Part shown: positions 1 to 7,287 of the stretch, one piece after another
Layout: every line of letters begins with the position of its first letter
How positions within the stretch are numbered: position 1 is the stretch's first letter
From: Candidatus Omnitrophota bacterium
GTDB lineage: Bacteria; Omnitrophota; Gorgyraeia; JABMRG01; JAFGKX01
NCBI GenBank assembly: GCA_020354945.1
Contig: CP070655.1
Span: 398,989 to 414,939, forward strand
Length of the DNA: 15,951 nt
Direction: 5' to 3'
The notes under the pieces: model-generated
Told to the model about the DNA's origin: nothing
Seen by the model: only the letters and a program-made list of their open reading frames with translations
Databases searched by the model: none
Made by a program: the position numbers and the translations under genes

Positions 1-78
1 GGAACCTTCTATTACCTTGGATAATTTTACATAAAGCTGACGCGGTATCTTTATAGTAACCCTTTCTTCTTTTTCCAC
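1..78 (-). CDS. Partial (N-terminus only) ribbon-helix-helix/CopG-like transcriptional regulator; runs off the window edge
   Basis: Not in the ORF track. GTG at 78-76 with AGGAGG at 90-85. Translates MEKEERVTIKIPRQLYVKLSKVIEGS, an alternating beta-strand (VTIKIP) followed by a helix, typical of RHH proteins. Confidence 0.65.
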   Translation of the reverse strand, partial: MEKEERVTIKIPRQLYVKLSKVIEGS

Positions 79-100
79 AAGACACCTCCTCGGGCTCTTA

Positions 101-143
101 TTACACTCTAATTGGAGTGTAACACAACATAAGAAAATATCAA
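101..143 (-). promoter_or_regulatory. Putative sigma70 promoter with overlapping palindromic operator
   Basis: Minus strand TTGATA (143-138), 16 nt spacer, TGt-TACACT extended -10 (124-116). Palindrome TTACACTC-taattg-GAGTGTAA at 101-122 overlaps the -10. Confidence 0.5.
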
Positions 144-178
144 GAAAAAAATGGGATTGCTCGCAACGGTAAGATTAC

Positions 179-1579
179 TTACGACTTAAGAAAAACAACC
201 TCGCCCCTGGAGGGAATGCGTGGTTTAAGATTGAGTTTTTTAAGATTGCTTCTTAATGCCTCTGACTGGTCTTCATCGCCGTGAACAATAAAAACTTTCC
301 TTAACCTTCCTCTGCAATTTTTAACATATTCCACTAATCCACTCTCATCGGCATGAGCGCTGAAAGCATTAATGACAACGACTTCAGCATTTAACTCATG
401 CAGCTGGCCAAATATTCTTACCTGCTCGTTTTTCTCTACAATGCGTTTTCCTAGAGTATTTTTTGCCATATAACCGATAATGAGAATTGTATTATTCGGA
501 TTCTCAATATTATTTTTTAAATGGTGCAGAATCCGTCCGTTTTCGCACATGCCGGAAGCAGATATTATTATCATCGGCCCTGTTTCATTGTTTAATCTTT
601 TTGAACTATTGACACTTCTTATGTATGCAATATTATCGTAGCCGAGGGGATCCTTTTCTCTCAGGAAAGCCTCTCTGGTTATATCGTCAAAATATTCCCA
701 GTTCCTCCTGAATACATCCGTAAGATTCACCGCCAGAGGACTGTCAACATAAATCGGGATTCTTTTTATCTTCTTTCTCTTCATAAGTTCGCTTATAAAA
801 AATACTGCCAACTGTGTCCTTTCAAGAGCAAATGAGGGGATAATAATTTTCCCGCCCCGTTTAATAGTTCGATTTATTGCATCGGTAAGCTTTCCTTCTG
901 CATTTTTTATGCTACCATGATTTCTTCCACCATAGGTGCTTTCAATAATAAGATAATTTATATCATTTGGAATCTCTGGGTCTTTAAGAAGCGGCATATC
1001 CTTTCTACCTAAATCTACGGCATAGGCTATCTTCATAATGCCTTTTTTGGTTTTTATATCAATGACAGATACTGCCGAGCCGAGAATATGGCCTGCTTCA
1101 AAAAATGTCAAATCAATATCTTTTGAAACAGGGAATTTCCTATGGTACTGAATGGACCTGAAATATTTAAGGGATTTTTCCGCTTCTTTCCTGGTATAAA
1201 GAGGGAGACGCGGGGGAAGGCCTTTTCGTTTATTTATTTTGTTTACATATTTTATATCCTTCTCCTGAACAAAACCGCTGTCAGGGAGCATATATCGACA
1301 AAGCCCTTTGGTGGGCGGGGTAGCGTATATGTTTTGCCTGTAACCCCTTTTTATAAGAGTAGGGAGGTTTCCGCAATGGTCTATGTGAGAGTGGGATAAA
1401 ATACAGGCATTCAAGCTCTGCGGATTAAAGGCGAAATTAGAATTAACGGCATAATATTCATCTCTGTGCCCATAAAAAAGGCCGCAGTCTAATAATATTT
1501 TGCAGCGGCCAGCCGATACAAGATGCATAGAACCTGTAACGGTCCTTGCCCCTCCACAAAACTTAATTGTTACACTCAT
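179..1579 (-). CDS. MBL-fold beta-CASP metallo-hydrolase (predicted RNA-processing nuclease)
   Basis: GGARTVTGS start, LDCG, HSHIDHCG (HxHxDH), AGHILG, ESTYG, IIPSFALERTQ, FSAHAD and VHG motifs; 466 aa. Confidence 0.92.
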   Translation of the reverse strand: MSVTIKFCGGARTVTGSMHLVSAGRCKILLDCGLFYGHRDEYYAVNSNFAFNPQSLNACILSHSHIDHCGNLPTLIKRGYRQNIYATPPTKGLCRYMLPDSGFVQEKDIKYVNKINKRKGLPPRLPLYTRKEAEKSLKYFRSIQYHRKFPVSKDIDLTFFEAGHILGSAVSVIDIKTKKGIMKIAYAVDLGRKDMPLLKDPEIPNDINYLIIESTYGGRNHGSIKNAEGKLTDAINRTIKRGGKIIIPSFALERTQLAVFFISELMKRKKIKRIPIYVDSPLAVNLTDVFRRNWEYFDDITREAFLREKDPLGYDNIAYIRSVNSSKRLNNETGPMIIISASGMCENGRILHHLKNNIENPNNTILIIGYMAKNTLGKRIVEKNEQVRIFGQLHELNAEVVVINAFSAHADESGLVEYVKNCRGRLRKVFIVHGDEDQSEALRSNLKKLNLKPRIPSRGEVVFLKS

Positions 1580-2145
1580 ATCTTTAAAATAATCTCATCT
1601 AACGACCTTTTTGGCACATGGTGAGTGTTGTTTTTATTACGATAATATTTGATATCTCCTTCGCTCTCTTCTATCACTACCTTTTCTTTTGGTTTTCCAA
1701 GCGCAATTACAAGGAGTATATCGTATTGTTGGGGAATGTTTAAGTTCTTTCTGAGTAAATCTTTGTCTATTGCGCCGAGCATGCAGCCGCCAAGGCCTTT
1801 TTCTACTGCGCCCAATAAAATGCTATGAGCGGCAATGCCACAATCATATTCAAAAGTTTTGGCTATTGTTTTATCGCCTAAAATAATAATGTAAGCAGAG
1901 GGCCTTTCTCCTTCTTTTGGCCCGGGCCAATCTTTTATATGCCCTGCCCAGAATAATGCTGGAAATATTAGATCATTCCTTGTGGGTTGACAGGAAAGCA
2001 TATACTTTAACGGCTGTAAATTCGCAGCGCTGGCAGATAAACGGGCAAGGTCAACTAATTCCCTTAAAAGGTTTTCTTCAATCTTGCAATCTTCGTAAAA
2101 TCGCCTGTAACTCCTGCAGCGTTTTATCAGGTCTTTAAATGGCAT
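1576..2145 (-). CDS. Nitroreductase family flavoprotein
   Basis: RSYRRF FMN-binding start, ARLSASAANLQP, DCGIAAHSILLGAVEKGLGGC, LVIALGKP and C-terminal PKRSLDEII. Confidence 0.92.
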   Translation of the reverse strand: MPFKDLIKRCRSYRRFYEDCKIEENLLRELVDLARLSASAANLQPLKYMLSCQPTRNDLIFPALFWAGHIKDWPGPKEGERPSAYIIILGDKTIAKTFEYDCGIAAHSILLGAVEKGLGGCMLGAIDKDLLRKNLNIPQQYDILLVIALGKPKEKVVIEESEGDIKYYRNKNNTHHVPKRSLDEIILKI

Positions 2146-2174
2146 AATTCCCCTTACATAAAATAGTTATCCAC

Positions 2175-2209
2175 AATAGTAGGGTAGGCCTTAAGCCCGC
2201 CCTACTATT
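2175..2209. repeat. Intergenic inverted repeat, GTAG-type REP-like hairpin; possible terminator or mRNA-stability element
   Basis: AATAGTAGGGTAGGC-cttaa-GCCCGCCCTACTATT: 15-nt arms with 13 Watson-Crick pairs; GTAG on both strands near the ends. Confidence 0.6.
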
Positions 2210-2218
2210 AGCTTGTAC

Positions 2219-2578
2219 TTAAACTTTCTTAACTACTATCTTATCCCCTTCCTTTACTTTGAGGAAAATATCCAAATTTTGGATGATTTTACCAATATGA
2301 TTTACCTCAGAATAGGGTCCTGATTTCCCAAAGAATATACAAATGGCCTGCCCCGGAGGCCAGTAAGAAAGATCGCCCTTGCAAGATGTAGAAGATTTAT
2401 TCTCATAATTCAATTTTAAGGAGGTCTCAAAGTAAACTTCCTCCTGCCATAACTTAGTTATTCCCTCTATGGGAAGTTTCTCATAAATCTTTTCAGCAAT
2501 CTGGGGGTTTCGATTGTCCAACTCTGCTAAAGCTCTCCCTTTGCCCTCAATTTCGATTTCTATATTAACTTTTCTCAT
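2219..2578 (-). CDS. Cyclophilin-like fold protein (TM1367/DUF369-like)
   Basis: LWQEEVYF and GDLSYWPPGQAICIFFG...VNHIGKI motifs; 119 aa. Confidence 0.8.
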   Translation of the reverse strand: MRKVNIEIEIEGKGRALAELDNRNPQIAEKIYEKLPIEGITKLWQEEVYFETSLKLNYENKSSTSCKGDLSYWPPGQAICIFFGKSGPYSEVNHIGKIIQNLDIFLKVKEGDKIVVKKV

Positions 2579-2591
2579 TGGCTAACAAAAA

Positions 2592-2819
2592 TTATCCAAC
2601 CACCTTATCTGACTTTAAAAAATCGAGCCAGGATTTGGAAAAGAATTCATAATTTAGAAAGCAAGGGAATTCTGGACAATTAAAACAAATCTCTACGCCC
2701 TTTTCCTTAGCGCAGGCGGGCATCTTGCACACAGGATTTAACCCACAGCCAGAACATTGTTTCTTCAAAAATTTGGGACACTTCTCACAGTAAATTCCAC
2801 ATACCCCGACTTTCATCAT
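2592..2819 (-). CDS. Small Cys-rich protein, DUF3795-like (putative metal/Fe-S binding)
   Basis: CGIYCEKC..CSGC..C..C..CFNCPEFPC pattern; 10 Cys in 75 aa. Confidence 0.75.
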   Translation of the reverse strand: MMKVGVCGIYCEKCPKFLKKQCSGCGLNPVCKMPACAKEKGVEICFNCPEFPCFLNYEFFSKSWLDFLKSDKVVG

Positions 2820-2826
2820 ATTCCTA

Positions 2827-3213
2827 CTATTTTCTCTTCTTTTTTTCCGGATAACTTAAACTTTCACCTATCCACTTCAAATATTCTTTATTGCCGCCAA
2901 TTATAGGCAAATCTATTATCTCTGGAACTTCGTATTTGTGAATTTTTTTGACCAGCGTAACAATCTCCTTAAACATAATTGCCTTTGTTTTGGCTAAGAT
3001 TAAAACCTCGTGAGCCGAATCTATTTTAGCAGGGGCCCGCTGAAGGCGGGAGGGCGGAGGGGGAGTTGGAGCCCACCAGAAAAAGGATTCTACTTTTGGA
3101 ATGATATTTATACAGGCAACTTTTCTTTCCTCTAATAATACTTTCTTTATCTTTAAAGCTTCTTTCCTTGAAGAACAAGTAATCATAACTATCACATAAG
3201 TAGTCTCTTTCAT
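2827..3213 (-). CDS. cutA: Divalent-cation tolerance protein CutA with a Pro-rich in-frame insertion
   Basis: VMITC..EA..I...LLEERKVACINIIP.V.S.FWW, E.LILAKT and HKYEVPEII..PI..GN..YL.WI motifs. Confidence 0.9.
   Translation of the reverse strand: MKETTYVIVMITCSSRKEALKIKKVLLEERKVACINIIPKVESFFWWAPTPPPPSRLQRAPAKIDSAHEVLILAKTKAIMFKEIVTLVKKIHKYEVPEIIDLPIIGGNKEYLKWIGESLSYPEKKKRK
3028..3072. repeat. GC-rich palindrome-containing insertion inside cutA
   Basis: Encodes APTPPPPSRLQRAPA between WW and KI, where CutA normally has about 2 residues. Contains CCCGC-tgaag-GCGGG (3036-3050). Confidence 0.6.
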
Positions 3214-3752
3214 TTTGCCTTGATTACCTTTCCTAATAGTCCGAATTCATTTCCTCCGATATGCATTAAGGGATTGGCCCTAGTAATTAGATATTTTCCT
3301 CCAGGAAAATACTCATCCCTAACGTATGCCTGAAGGATTTTACCTACAATAAGCAAATGGTCGCCAGCCAGATATTTCTTGAATAGTTTGCACTCAAAAT
3401 GAGCAAGGCATTCTTTAATTCCGGGGGATTTTACCTTAGTGGATTTTTCTTCCGTTAGGCCTGCTTTTTTGATTTCACTTACTCCGGCAGGAAAATCCTT
3501 TGCGCAGATCCATAATTCTTTAAGTATCTCCCGATCAGGTATATTGACGACAAAATCTTTTGTTTCCAAGATGTTTTTCACTGTGTGGTGATCCGGGTCA
3601 GAAGCAAATATTACAAGTGGTGGTTCGGTAGAACATGGCATTACAAAACTAAAAGGGGCAGCATTAGAAACTCCTTTTAAATTTACCGTAGAAATCAACA
3701 CTACCGGCCGTGGCGCCAGAACCTTATACCACTGATTAAGACTCAATTCCAT
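3210..3752 (-). CDS. Flavin reductase-like (DIM6/NTAB, flavoredoxin-type) FMN-binding protein
   Basis: PRPVVLIST, NAAPFSF, HTVKNILETKDFVVNIP, IKECLAHFEC and GDHLLIVG motifs. Confidence 0.9.
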   Translation of the reverse strand: MELSLNQWYKVLAPRPVVLISTVNLKGVSNAAPFSFVMPCSTEPPLVIFASDPDHHTVKNILETKDFVVNIPDREILKELWICAKDFPAGVSEIKKAGLTEEKSTKVKSPGIKECLAHFECKLFKKYLAGDHLLIVGKILQAYVRDEYFPGGKYLITRANPLMHIGGNEFGLLGKVIKAK

Positions 3753-4634
3753 TTAATTACCTCGCCTTTTATAAGGATTAACATGTACCATAACATCTCG
3801 GATGTATGGGATTCGTTTAAGAAGTTTGGCCCTTACATTAGAAGCTATTTTATGGCCTTCATCTACAGTAATGTTACCATCCACTGCTACTTCTAAATCA
3901 ATAGTAAATGTAGAACCCCGACGGTGTACCTTGATATTATCTATGGTTTTAACTCCATTTATCTGTTGAGCAATAGCCCTGATATTATTCAAGAATACTG
4001 AACCGGGCTTCTCATCCATTATTATACCGATGTTTGAACGAATAAGGCCAAACCCTATTTTGATAATAAATCCTGAGACTATTATTCCTGCTAAAGGGTC
4101 CAGGTATAAAAATGAAATTCTGGCTCCTGCAATGCCTATTAGAGCCGCTACTGAGGAATAGGCATCTGAGCGATGGTGCCAGGCGTCAGCGATGACAGCC
4201 GGATTATTACTCATCCTGCCAACCTTAATGGTATATCGATATAATCCCTCTTTAAGGACTATGGAAATTATTGCCGCTAAAATGGCAATCATCAATGGGG
4301 TTTTGAACTGCCTGTGAATAATAGCTAAACTTGAAGATACGCCAGCAAAAACTCCTATTATAAGAATGATAAGAGAAACAAGACTTGCAGCAATTGTCTC
4401 AGCATTACCATGCCCATAGGGATGTTCTTCATCCGGGGGCCTGGCTCCAATACATATACCCGCATAGACAACACCTGATGTCAGGATATCGGAAAGGGAA
4501 TGAAGGCCATCGGCAATCATAGCCTTACTAAAACCTAATATGCCTGCCAAGAGCTTAAAGATCGTTAAGGCTATATTGGTAAAAAGCCCTATCTGTATAC
4601 AAATCTTAGGATTAAAAAAGTCAAATTTAGGCAT
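3753..4634 (-). CDS. Cation diffusion facilitator (CDF; FieF/YiiP-like) metal transporter
   Basis: S.AMIADGLHSLSD, PPDEEHPYGHG..E, ADAWHHRSD, DPLAG and C-terminal dimerisation domain ending VMVHVNP. Confidence 0.93.
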   Translation of the reverse strand: MPKFDFFNPKICIQIGLFTNIALTIFKLLAGILGFSKAMIADGLHSLSDILTSGVVYAGICIGARPPDEEHPYGHGNAETIAASLVSLIILIIGVFAGVSSSLAIIHRQFKTPLMIAILAAIISIVLKEGLYRYTIKVGRMSNNPAVIADAWHHRSDAYSSVAALIGIAGARISFLYLDPLAGIIVSGFIIKIGFGLIRSNIGIIMDEKPGSVFLNNIRAIAQQINGVKTIDNIKVHRRGSTFTIDLEVAVDGNITVDEGHKIASNVRAKLLKRIPYIRDVMVHVNPYKRRGN

Positions 4635-4655
4635 AAAAAGGCTCCAAAGCCCTTT

Positions 4656-4778
4656 CTAGCAGATAAACGTGCAAGGCCAACTAATTCCCTTAAAATGCTT
4701 TTCTTAATCTTAATAGTCTTCATAAAACCGACTGTAACTTTGGCAACGTTTTATTAAGTCTTTAAAACATTTCTGCAT
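4656..4778 (-). pseudogene. Truncated, frameshifted remnant of a nitroreductase 5' end (homolog of 1576-2145)
   Basis: ATG at 4778 gives MQKCFKDLIKRCQSYSRFYEDY*. After one extra T it continues KIKKSILRELVGLARLSA. Hand alignment to the intact gene: 88/108 nt and 28/36 aa identical. Confidence 0.88.
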
Positions 4779-4781
4779 TTT

Positions 4782-5069
4782 TTATCTTTTCGTGGTTACA
4801 TGGTTAGCAAGAGTTGGATTAATCTTCGCGAATGCAAGCACAAAAGCCCAGGTTAAAAGTATACATAATGTAATAGTTACTCCCAGCAGCAAATCTTTAA
4901 TTATATTTTCTGAAATAAGAAATAACTCACCATTCCAGAGATGGTCTATTACTCCAAAGAGTGCTCCTCCATAAAACATTAGATTTAGCCACCAGAGTTT
5001 TACACTTTTACTCTTTCTCCATGCTAGTGATGTAATCATAGCTCCTGCTAACGGTACAGTATAGCACAT
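4782..5069 (-). CDS. Small membrane protein of unknown function (about 3 TM helices)
   Basis: Strong RBS AAAGGAGGT (5086-5078), hydrophobic segments, GGALFGVIDHLWNGEL motif; directly follows hypE. Confidence 0.8.
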   Translation of the reverse strand: MCYTVPLAGAMITSLAWRKSKSVKLWWLNLMFYGGALFGVIDHLWNGELFLISENIIKDLLLGVTITLCILLTWAFVLAFAKINPTLANHVTTKR

Positions 5070-5091
5070 TTAAACTTACCTCCTTTCATTT

Positions 5092-6078
5092 TCAGCATAT
5101 GCGTGGAAGCTGGTCGGTCTCCAGCATCGGCAGAATGCGAGTTGAACCAATTTTGGTTTTTAAATAGACCTCTTTTTTATGAACAGATGTAACCCTGCCA
5201 ATAATTGCAGCTTGTGGACCAATGGCACGTTTTACTTTTTTGGCATTTTTCTCGTTGACAAAACAGATGAATTTCCCCTCGTTGGCTACGTATAAAGGAT
5301 CGAATCCTAATACGTCGCATAATCTTTTTACGCTTGGTTTTATCGGAATATCCTTTTCATAAATCTCTATGCCAACATTCGAAGAATGTGCAATTTCATT
5401 TAATGCTGTAGCGAGCCCTCCCCTTGTTGGATCACGCATAACACTGATATTTTTCGAATCCTTAAGGCACCTTTCTACTTCAAAGTTTAGATTGCGGCAG
5501 TCACTTCTAATAGAGGGTGTAAATCCGAGCTTTTCTCTTGCATTCAGAACAGCCATTCCATGCTCAGCTATACCACCGTTTATGATAATAACATCATCAA
5601 CTTTTGCCTTTGTACCTACGGACCCTGAATAATCCATGGCTCCTATGCCAGCAGTGTTTATATATATTTTATCTGCTGCGCCTTTTTCTACAACTTTTAT
5701 ATCGCCTGTAACTATTAAAACTTTTGCTTTAGCAGCAGCCTGCTTTATTGAATGAGCTATTTTCTCCAATTGCTGAATTGGGAATCCTTCTTCAATAATA
5801 AAAGCCAAAGATATAAAAACAGGTTTGCCTCCCCTCATAGATATATCGTTTACAGTGCCAAAAACAGCAAGCTTGCCTATATCTCCTCCTGGGAAAAATA
5901 ATGGCTTTACAACATATGAATCTGTACTGAAAGTGAGTTTTTTCTCCTTTATATTAAGCTCAGCAGCATCTGAGAGTTCATTTAGAATCTTGTTTGAAAA
6001 CTTAAGACGCAAAGTTTCTATAAGCTCATGCATTAATCTGCCGCCATTTCCATGCGATAACGTTATTATTTTATTCAT
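5092..6078 (-). CDS. hypE: Hydrogenase maturation carbamoyl dehydratase HypE
   Basis: LSHGNGG, STDSYVV.PLFFPGGDIGKLAV.GTVND, TGD.KVV, MRDPTRGG, ANEG and C-terminal LPRIC. Confidence 0.97.
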   Translation of the reverse strand: MNKIITLSHGNGGRLMHELIETLRLKFSNKILNELSDAAELNIKEKKLTFSTDSYVVKPLFFPGGDIGKLAVFGTVNDISMRGGKPVFISLAFIIEEGFPIQQLEKIAHSIKQAAAKAKVLIVTGDIKVVEKGAADKIYINTAGIGAMDYSGSVGTKAKVDDVIIINGGIAEHGMAVLNAREKLGFTPSIRSDCRNLNFEVERCLKDSKNISVMRDPTRGGLATALNEIAHSSNVGIEIYEKDIPIKPSVKRLCDVLGFDPLYVANEGKFICFVNEKNAKKVKRAIGPQAAIIGRVTSVHKKEVYLKTKIGSTRILPMLETDQLPRIC

Positions 6079-7069
6079 ATTTATAATATGCTGCGCAGGT
6101 CCCTTCTGACGAAACCATGCACGGCCCTATTGGTCTCTCAGGTTTACATACTTTTTTAAATAACTTGCAATCTAAAGGCGATTCTATGCCTTGCAGCACT
6201 TCGCCGCAGATGCATCCTTTGGGTGAAGTTGCTTTAGGAATTTCTACCTTAAACTCTCTCTCTGCATCAAAATCTTTGTATACTTTTTTAAATCTTAATC
6301 CACTTTTTTTGATTCTTCCTAAACCTCGCCAGTCTGAATCCGCAGTCTCAAAAACTGAATATAAAATTCTTCTTGCTGCGGCATTTCCATTCTTTTTAAC
6401 AGCTCTTTTATATTCTATTTCTACTTTAGAGACACCTTTTTTAACTTGCTCAACCAGTCGCTTAATACCTTTTACAATGTCAATGTCATCAAAGCCGGTG
6501 ATAACACAGGGCATTTTATAACGCTTTGCAATCTCCACATAAGCAGCTGACCCTATAATAACGCTAACATGGCCCGGGCATACAAAACCATTTACCTTTA
6601 CCCTATCAGACTTAGCAATAGCAACGAGGGCAGGGGGAATAAGTTTAAAATTTGACAACACGAAAAAGTTTCTTATTTTTTGCCTTTTTGCCTCTAATAT
6701 CGTCGCCGCTATAGTTGGAGAGGTGGTCTCAAAACCAACCCCCATAAATACTATTCTTTTTGCTGGATTACTGCAAGCAATATTTAAGGCATCAAGGCAT
6801 GAATAGACTATTCGAATATCCGCACCGTCTCTTTTTGCATCCATAAAACTTGACTTAGTTCCCGGAACGCGCATCATATCGCCAAAGGTAGTCATAATAA
6901 CATCTTTTATCTTTACTATCTCTATTGCCCTATCGATGTCACTTTGATCAGTTACGCACACAGGGCAACCCGGTCCTGATATAAGCTCTATTTCTTTCGG
7001 CAGGAGTTTCTTTATGCCTGATCTGGCAATATTCACGGTATGCGTTCCGCATACTTCCATCAGTTTCAT
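6071..7069 (-). CDS. hypD: Hydrogenase maturation factor HypD (N-terminally short)
   Basis: MEVCGTHT, GPGCPVC, GFETT, PGHVS and C-terminal Cys cluster ending GPCMVSSEGTC. Confidence 0.97.
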   Translation of the reverse strand: MKLMEVCGTHTVNIARSGIKKLLPKEIELISGPGCPVCVTDQSDIDRAIEIVKIKDVIMTTFGDMMRVPGTKSSFMDAKRDGADIRIVYSCLDALNIACSNPAKRIVFMGVGFETTSPTIAATILEAKRQKIRNFFVLSNFKLIPPALVAIAKSDRVKVNGFVCPGHVSVIIGSAAYVEIAKRYKMPCVITGFDDIDIVKGIKRLVEQVKKGVSKVEIEYKRAVKKNGNAAARRILYSVFETADSDWRGLGRIKKSGLRFKKVYKDFDAEREFKVEIPKATSPKGCICGEVLQGIESPLDCKLFKKVCKPERPIGPCMVSSEGTCAAYYKYE

Positions 7070-7287
7070 CTTGCAACTTCCTCTAATTCCTTCAAAACCT
7101 TCAGGGTATTCTCTGCTTCGGTTTTTTCTAATTTTCCTATTGCAAAACCGGCATGAACGAGGACATAATCGTCCTCTTCGACGCTGCTTAGGATTCCAAG
7201 GGAAATCTTTTTACGCACGCCGCCGAAATCTACAACTGCCATATTCTCTTCTATTTTTTTAACCTTTGCAGGTATAGCAAGACACAT
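7066..7287 (-). CDS. hypC: Hydrogenase maturation chaperone HypC
   Basis: MCLAIP N-terminus and DYVLVHAGFAI. Confidence 0.97.
   Translation of the reverse strand: MCLAIPAKVKKIEENMAVVDFGGVRKKISLGILSSVEEDDYVLVHAGFAIGKLEKTEAENTLKVLKELEEVAR

Noticed and set aside
153-170. GGGATTGCTCGCAACGG as a REP remnant or terminator of the beta-CASP gene
   Set aside because: Only a 4-bp stem (TTGC/GCAA) with a 2-nt loop; too weak to support.
71-2175. Possible replication origin (TTATCCACA at 2167-2175; TTTTCCACA at 71-79)
   Set aside because: The boxes are isolated and 2 kb apart, one overlaps a start codon, and there is no cluster, large intergenic region or dnaA/dnaN context.
3753-4634. CDF transporter as magnetosome protein MamB/MamM
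   Set aside because: It has generic FieF-like motifs and there are no other mam genes in the window.
5089-5097. TGA after the HypE terminal Cys as a selenocysteine codon
   Set aside because: HypE canonically ends in PRIC and needs that terminal Cys, so this is a normal stop.
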